This document shows, piece by piece, positions 7,514 to 11,379 of a DNA stretch of 11,379 bases. The stretch is from UHGV virus genome UHGV-1549875; one strand, 5' to 3'. Both the position numbers and the translations under genes were made by a program. The notes under the pieces are model-generated. The model searched no databases and was not told where the DNA came from. It was given only the letters and a program-made list of their open reading frames with translations. This stretch comes from a virus. Position 1 is the stretch's first letter, and each line of letters starts with the position of its first letter.

Positions 7514-8932
7514 ATGCCGATTCAGCAACTTCCGCTTATGAAAGGTGTCGGCAAAGACTTTCGAAACGCCGACTATATCGACTATCTGCCAGTGAATATG
7601 TTGGCTACACCCAAAGAAATCCTGAACAGCAGCGGATATCTTCGCTCATTCCCGGGCATTGCCAAACGTTCTGATGTGAATGGTGTATCTCGCGGTGTCG
7701 AGTACAACATGGCGCAGAGTGCTGTTTATCGCGTGTGTGGCGGCAAGCTGTATAAGGGCGAAAGCGAGGTCGGTGATGTTGCCGGAAGTGGTCGCGTATC
7801 AATGGCACACGGTAGGACATCACAGGCAGTAGGGGTTAACGGGAAACTGGTAGAGTATCGCTATGATGGCACGGTTAAAACCGTCTCAAACTGGCCTACA
7901 GACAGTGGATTCACTCAGTATGAGTTAGGCTCGGTCCGTGACATTACGCGCTTACGTGGGCGTTATGCGTGGTCAAAAGACGGCACGGATTCATGGTTTA
8001 TCACTGACCTTGAAGACGAATCGCATCCTGACCGCTACAGTGCACAATATCGTGCCGAGTCTCAGCCTGACGGCATCATCGGCATAGGTACATGGCGAGA
8101 CTTCATAGTCTGCTTTGGTTCGTCTACGATTGAATATTTCTCCCTGACAGGTGCAACCACCGTTGGTGCCGCTTTGTATGTTGCACAACCATCGCTGATG
8201 GTGCAGAAAGGTATTGCCGGGACTTACTGCAAAACGCCATTCGCTGATTCTTATGCGTTCATCAGCAATCCGGCAACGGGTGCGCCGTCTGTATACATCA
8301 TCGGCTCCGGTCAGGTATCACCAATCGCCAGCGCGAGCATTGAGAAAATTCTCCGCTCCTACACTGCTGATGAACTGGCTGATGGTGTGATGGAATCGCT
8401 GCGGTTTGATGCGCATGAGTTGCTGATTATCCATCTTCCGCGCCATGTACTCGTGTACGACGCATCTTCAAGTACCAATGGTCCGCAATGGTGTGCGCTG
8501 AAAACTGGACTGTATGACGATGTGTACCGCGCTATCGACTTTATTTACGAAGGCAATCAGATAACGTGCGGCGATAAGCTGGAGTCCGTGACCGGGAAAT
8601 TGCAATTCGACATCAGCAGCCAGTACGACAAGCAACAGGAACACCTGCTGTTTACTCCGTTGTTCAAAGCGGATAACGCCAGAGTGTTCGACCTTGAGGT
8701 TGAATCGTCAACTGGCGTTGCGCAGTACGCCGACCGCCTTTTTCTCTCTGCAACCACTGACGGCATCAATTACGGGCGTGAGCAGATGATTGAGCAGAAT
8801 GAACCGTTCGTTTACGACAAACGCGTTTTGTGGAAGCGAGTAGGGCGCATCAGGAAAAATGTCGGCTTCAAATTGCGCGTTATCACTAAGTCACCTGTCA
8901 CTCTCTCAGGCTGCCAGATAAGGATTGAGTAA
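7514..8932 (+). CDS. Tail hub / head completion protein (P22 gp10-like), 472 aa
   Basis: Same length as P22 gp10 (472 aa as I recall); sits between gp4-like and tail needle genes; GAGGTG before the ATG; stop overlaps the tail needle start (TAATG). Confidence 0.82.
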   Translation: MPIQQLPLMKGVGKDFRNADYIDYLPVNMLATPKEILNSSGYLRSFPGIAKRSDVNGVSRGVEYNMAQSAVYRVCGGKLYKGESEVGDVAGSGRVSMAHGRTSQAVGVNGKLVEYRYDGTVKTVSNWPTDSGFTQYELGSVRDITRLRGRYAWSKDGTDSWFITDLEDESHPDRYSAQYRAESQPDGIIGIGTWRDFIVCFGSSTIEYFSLTGATTVGAALYVAQPSLMVQKGIAGTYCKTPFADSYAFISNPATGAPSVYIIGSGQVSPIASASIEKILRSYTADELADGVMESLRFDAHELLIIHLPRHVLVYDASSSTNGPQWCALKTGLYDDVYRAIDFIYEGNQITCGDKLESVTGKLQFDISSQYDKQQEHLLFTPLFKADNARVFDLEVESSTGVAQYADRLFLSATTDGINYGREQMIEQNEPFVYDKRVLWKRVGRIRKNVGFKLRVITKSPVTLSGCQIRIE

Positions 8933-9633
8933 TGGTTGATTCATCACTGAATGATCCTGTCGTGGTTCAGGCTACGCGCCTTGATGCTTCAATTTTGCCA
9001 CGCAATATATTCAGCCAGTCTTACCTGCTGTATGTCATAAATCAGGGAGTTGATGTCGGCGCAATTGCCGGGAAGGCAAATCAGGCTGGTCAGGGCGCTT
9101 ACGATGCCCAGGTAAAAAACGATGAACAGGACGTCGAACTGGCTGATCACGACGCAAGAATCACCGCAAACACAAAAGCGATAAATCTACTTGAGGTCAG
9201 GTTAACAACTGCCGAAGGGAAGATAGTCGTACTGCGTAGCGATGTTGATTACTTGCTGGATGAGGTTATCGATATTCAGGGGCATCTGGTCACTGTTGAC
9301 CAAAGACTGGATGACGTAGAAAACGATGTCTCTGGCATTAAGAGTGATTACGTATCGAAAACCGTAACAGAATCGCAGTCTCTTGCGTCACCGCTGGATG
9401 TAAAAACATCATATTCAGTTGATGGAATTCAGGTTGTTGGAGCAAGAAATACCGGATGGACTGCAGCCACAGGTACACCTCTTCTTGGCTCATTCAACGC
9501 TAACCAGTCATACACAGTCGGCACTACGTACACACAATCCGAAGTCGCAGCCCTCGCTACAGGTTTGCAGCAGGCGCGGCAGCGTATTCTGGCGCTTGAA
9601 ACGGCACTTAGATTACATGGGCTGATTGACTGA
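8932..9633 (+). CDS. Tail needle / cell-envelope-penetrating plug protein (P22 gp26-like), 233 aa
   Basis: N-terminus ([63 protein letters not shown]) and C-terminus (ADYVSKT...[47 protein letters not shown]...[23 protein letters not shown]) closely match my recollection of P22 gp26; same 233 aa length; heptad-rich central coiled-coil. Confidence 0.9.
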   Translation: MVDSSLNDPVVVQATRLDASILPRNIFSQSYLLYVINQGVDVGAIAGKANQAGQGAYDAQVKNDEQDVELADHDARITANTKAINLLEVRLTTAEGKIVVLRSDVDYLLDEVIDIQGHLVTVDQRLDDVENDVSGIKSDYVSKTVTESQSLASPLDVKTSYSVDGIQVVGARNTGWTAATGTPLLGSFNANQSYTVGTTYTQSEVAALATGLQQARQRILALETALRLHGLID

Positions 9634-10088
9634 TGATTACATTAAAACCAACGCGAAACATCGACCTGATTGAAGCCGTAGGAAATCACCCTGACATTAT
9701 CGCCGGGAGCAACAACGGTGATGGATACGACTACAAACCTGAATGCCGTTACTTTGAGGTTAACGTGCACGGGCAGTTCGGCGGAATTGTTTACTATCAG
9801 GAGATTCAGCCGCTGACATTCGATTGCCACGCCATGTACCTGCCAGAGATTCGTGGATTCAGCAAGGAAATCGGGATGGCGTTCTGGCGATACATTCTGA
9901 CTAACACCACCGTTCAGTGCGTCACATCGTTCGCTGCGCGCAAATTCCGCCACGGTCAGATGTACTGCGCAATGATTGGCCTTAAGCGAGTAGGAACCAT
10001 CAAGAAATACTTCAAAGGCGTGGATGATGTGACTTTTTACAGCGCAACACGCGAAGAACTAATCGACTTCCTGAATCACGGGAGATAG
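9633..10088 (+). CDS. P22 gp14-like virion protein, 151 aa
   Basis: Assigned mainly by position between the gp26-like and gp7-like genes, with a TGATG overlap to the tail needle stop; I do not recall the gp14 sequence well enough to confirm by similarity. Confidence 0.65.
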   Translation: MITLKPTRNIDLIEAVGNHPDIIAGSNNGDGYDYKPECRYFEVNVHGQFGGIVYYQEIQPLTFDCHAMYLPEIRGFSKEIGMAFWRYILTNTTVQCVTSFAARKFRHGQMYCAMIGLKRVGTIKKYFKGVDDVTFYSATREELIDFLNHGR

Positions 10089-10090
10089 CC

Positions 10091-10786
10091 ATGTTATATG
10101 CATTTAAGCTGGGCAGAAAACTGCGCGGCGAGGAACCTTATTGCCCTGAAAAAGGCGGGAAAGGTGGCAGTTCTGATAAAAGCGCAAAGTATGCAGCAGA
10201 AGCTCAGAAGTATGCCGCAGACCTGCAAAATCAGCAGTTCAACACCATCATGAACAACCTGAAACCGTTTACTCCTCTGGCTGAGAAGTATGTCGGCAGC
10301 CTCGAGAACTTATCGTCTCTGGAGGGGCAAGGTCAGGCACTTAACCAGTATTACAACTCTCAGCAGTACAAAGATCTTGCTGGTCAGGCTCGCTATCAGA
10401 GTCTGGCGGCAGCGGAAGCAACAGGTGGATTGGGTTCCACTGCAACCGGTAATCAGTTAGCAACAATCGCACCAACGCTTGGTCAGCAGTGGCTGTCTGG
10501 TCAGATGAACAACTACCAGAATCTGGCAAATATTGGTCTTGGCGCGCTTCAGGGGCAGGCAAATGCCGGGCAAACATATGCCAACAACATGAGCCAGATT
10601 TCACAGCAAAGCGCGGCACTGGCGGCGGCAAACGCTAATAGACCTTCCGGCCTTCAATCTGCAATAGGCGGGGCTGCCTCTGGAGCAATTGCTGGAGCAC
10701 AACTTGGCAGCATTGTTCCTGGTATTGGTACTGGTATTGGTGCCGCTGTTGGTGGCGGTCTTGGTCTGCTTGGCTCGTTGTTTTAA
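10091..10786 (+). CDS. Ejection (DNA-transfer) protein, P22 gp7-like, 231 aa
   Basis: Position and size match P22 gp7 (about 229 aa); GGGAG before the ATG; Gln/Asn/Ala-rich middle and a Gly/Ala-rich hydrophobic C-terminus (AIGGAASGAIAGAQLGSIVPGIGTGIGAAVGGGLGLLGSLF) typical of membrane-interacting ejection proteins. Confidence 0.8.
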   Translation: MLYAFKLGRKLRGEEPYCPEKGGKGGSSDKSAKYAAEAQKYAADLQNQQFNTIMNNLKPFTPLAEKYVGSLENLSSLEGQGQALNQYYNSQQYKDLAGQARYQSLAAAEATGGLGSTATGNQLATIAPTLGQQWLSGQMNNYQNLANIGLGALQGQANAGQTYANNMSQISQQSAALAAANANRPSGLQSAIGGAASGAIAGAQLGSIVPGIGTGIGAAVGGGLGLLGSLF

Positions 10787-10795
10787 GGGGTAATC

Positions 10796-11379
10796 ATGGC
10801 TACGTGGCAACAGGGTATTAATTCTGGTGGTTTTCTGGCTGGCATTGGTGCGCAAAACGAGAATGCGCCAAAGGCAAGCGACATTAACGCAACGCTTGGT
10901 CTGATCCGCGAAAACAATGAACTGGCTCGCTCAGGTGCAAATAACGTTGGTCTGACCGCGTTACGTGGTCTGGCTGGAGTTGCTGATATTTATAAGCAGG
11001 AACAGCAACAGAAAGCGATTAATGCGTTCAATAAGGTTCATGCTGATGCATGGGCTTCTGGTGATCCATCGGGACTATTTAAGTTTGCCAAGGAAAATCC
11101 AGCATTTGTTGCGCAGGCACAACAGGCGTTTTCCGGTCTTAATGAGCAGCAACGCAACGATATGGGCGATTTAGCCATGAGGGCTAACGTCGCTCTTTCT
11201 CAGGGACCGGAAGCCTACAGTAAATTCATTACTGACAACAAGGACAGGTTAAATCGCGTTGGTGCTAATGCTGACTGGATGATTCAGACAGGTATCCAGA
11301 ATCCAGAGCAGCTATCACACATGCTGACTACTATGTCTCTCGGTGCACTTGGGCCAGAAAAGGCGTTTGCTGTTCAGGA
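10796..11379 (+). CDS. Ejection protein, P22 gp20-like, 5' partial (first 194 codons; runs off the window)
   Basis: ATG at 10796 preceded by AGGGG; the frame stays open to the last base. It is absent from the ORF track only because it has no stop in the window. Assigned by position after the gp7-like gene and by Gln/Ala-rich composition. Confidence 0.75.
   Translation, partial: MATWQQGINSGGFLAGIGAQNENAPKASDINATLGLIRENNELARSGANNVGLTALRGLAGVADIYKQEQQQKAINAFNKVHADAWASGDPSGLFKFAKENPAFVAQAQQAFSGLNEQQRNDMGDLAMRANVALSQGPEAYSKFITDNKDRLNRVGANADWMIQTGIQNPEQLSHMLTTMSLGALGPEKAFAVQ

Noticed and set aside
1-11379. Whole-window scan for CRISPR arrays, tRNA or tmRNA genes, IS elements or terminal inverted repeats, integrase or att sites, and toxin-antitoxin or defence-like gene pairs.
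   Set aside because: No spaced direct repeats, no cloverleaf-compatible segment in the short non-coding regions, no transposase- or integrase-like ORF, and no unexplained gene-sized gaps. I therefore report no novel system rather than forcing one.

Overview
This window reads as a contiguous, single-strand (+) virion morphogenesis module of a P22-like (Lederbergvirus-type) short-tailed phage or prophage of Enterobacteriaceae. The gene order is the canonical one: small ORF, small terminase, large terminase, portal, scaffolding protein, coat protein, small ORF, gp4-like head completion protein, gp10-like tail hub, gp26-like tail needle, gp14-like protein, gp7-like and gp20-like ejection proteins (the last truncated by the window end). 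Assignments rest on gene order, sizes, junction architecture and recognisable motifs, plus my recollection of P22 and Sf6 protein sequences; no database search was run. Genes are tightly packed, with several stop/start overlaps and Shine-Dalgarno motifs before most starts. All minus-strand ORFs in the track lie inside + strand genes and look like shadow ORFs. I see no CRISPR array, tRNA, integrase, transposase or inserted cargo gene, and no convincing candidate for a novel defence-type system. The features most worth a second look are two small unassigned ORFs (213..455 and 6874..7062), a clear stem-loop plus T-tract directly after the coat gene, the 90-nt leader before the scaffolding gene, and a tail needle whose central region appears to differ from P22.
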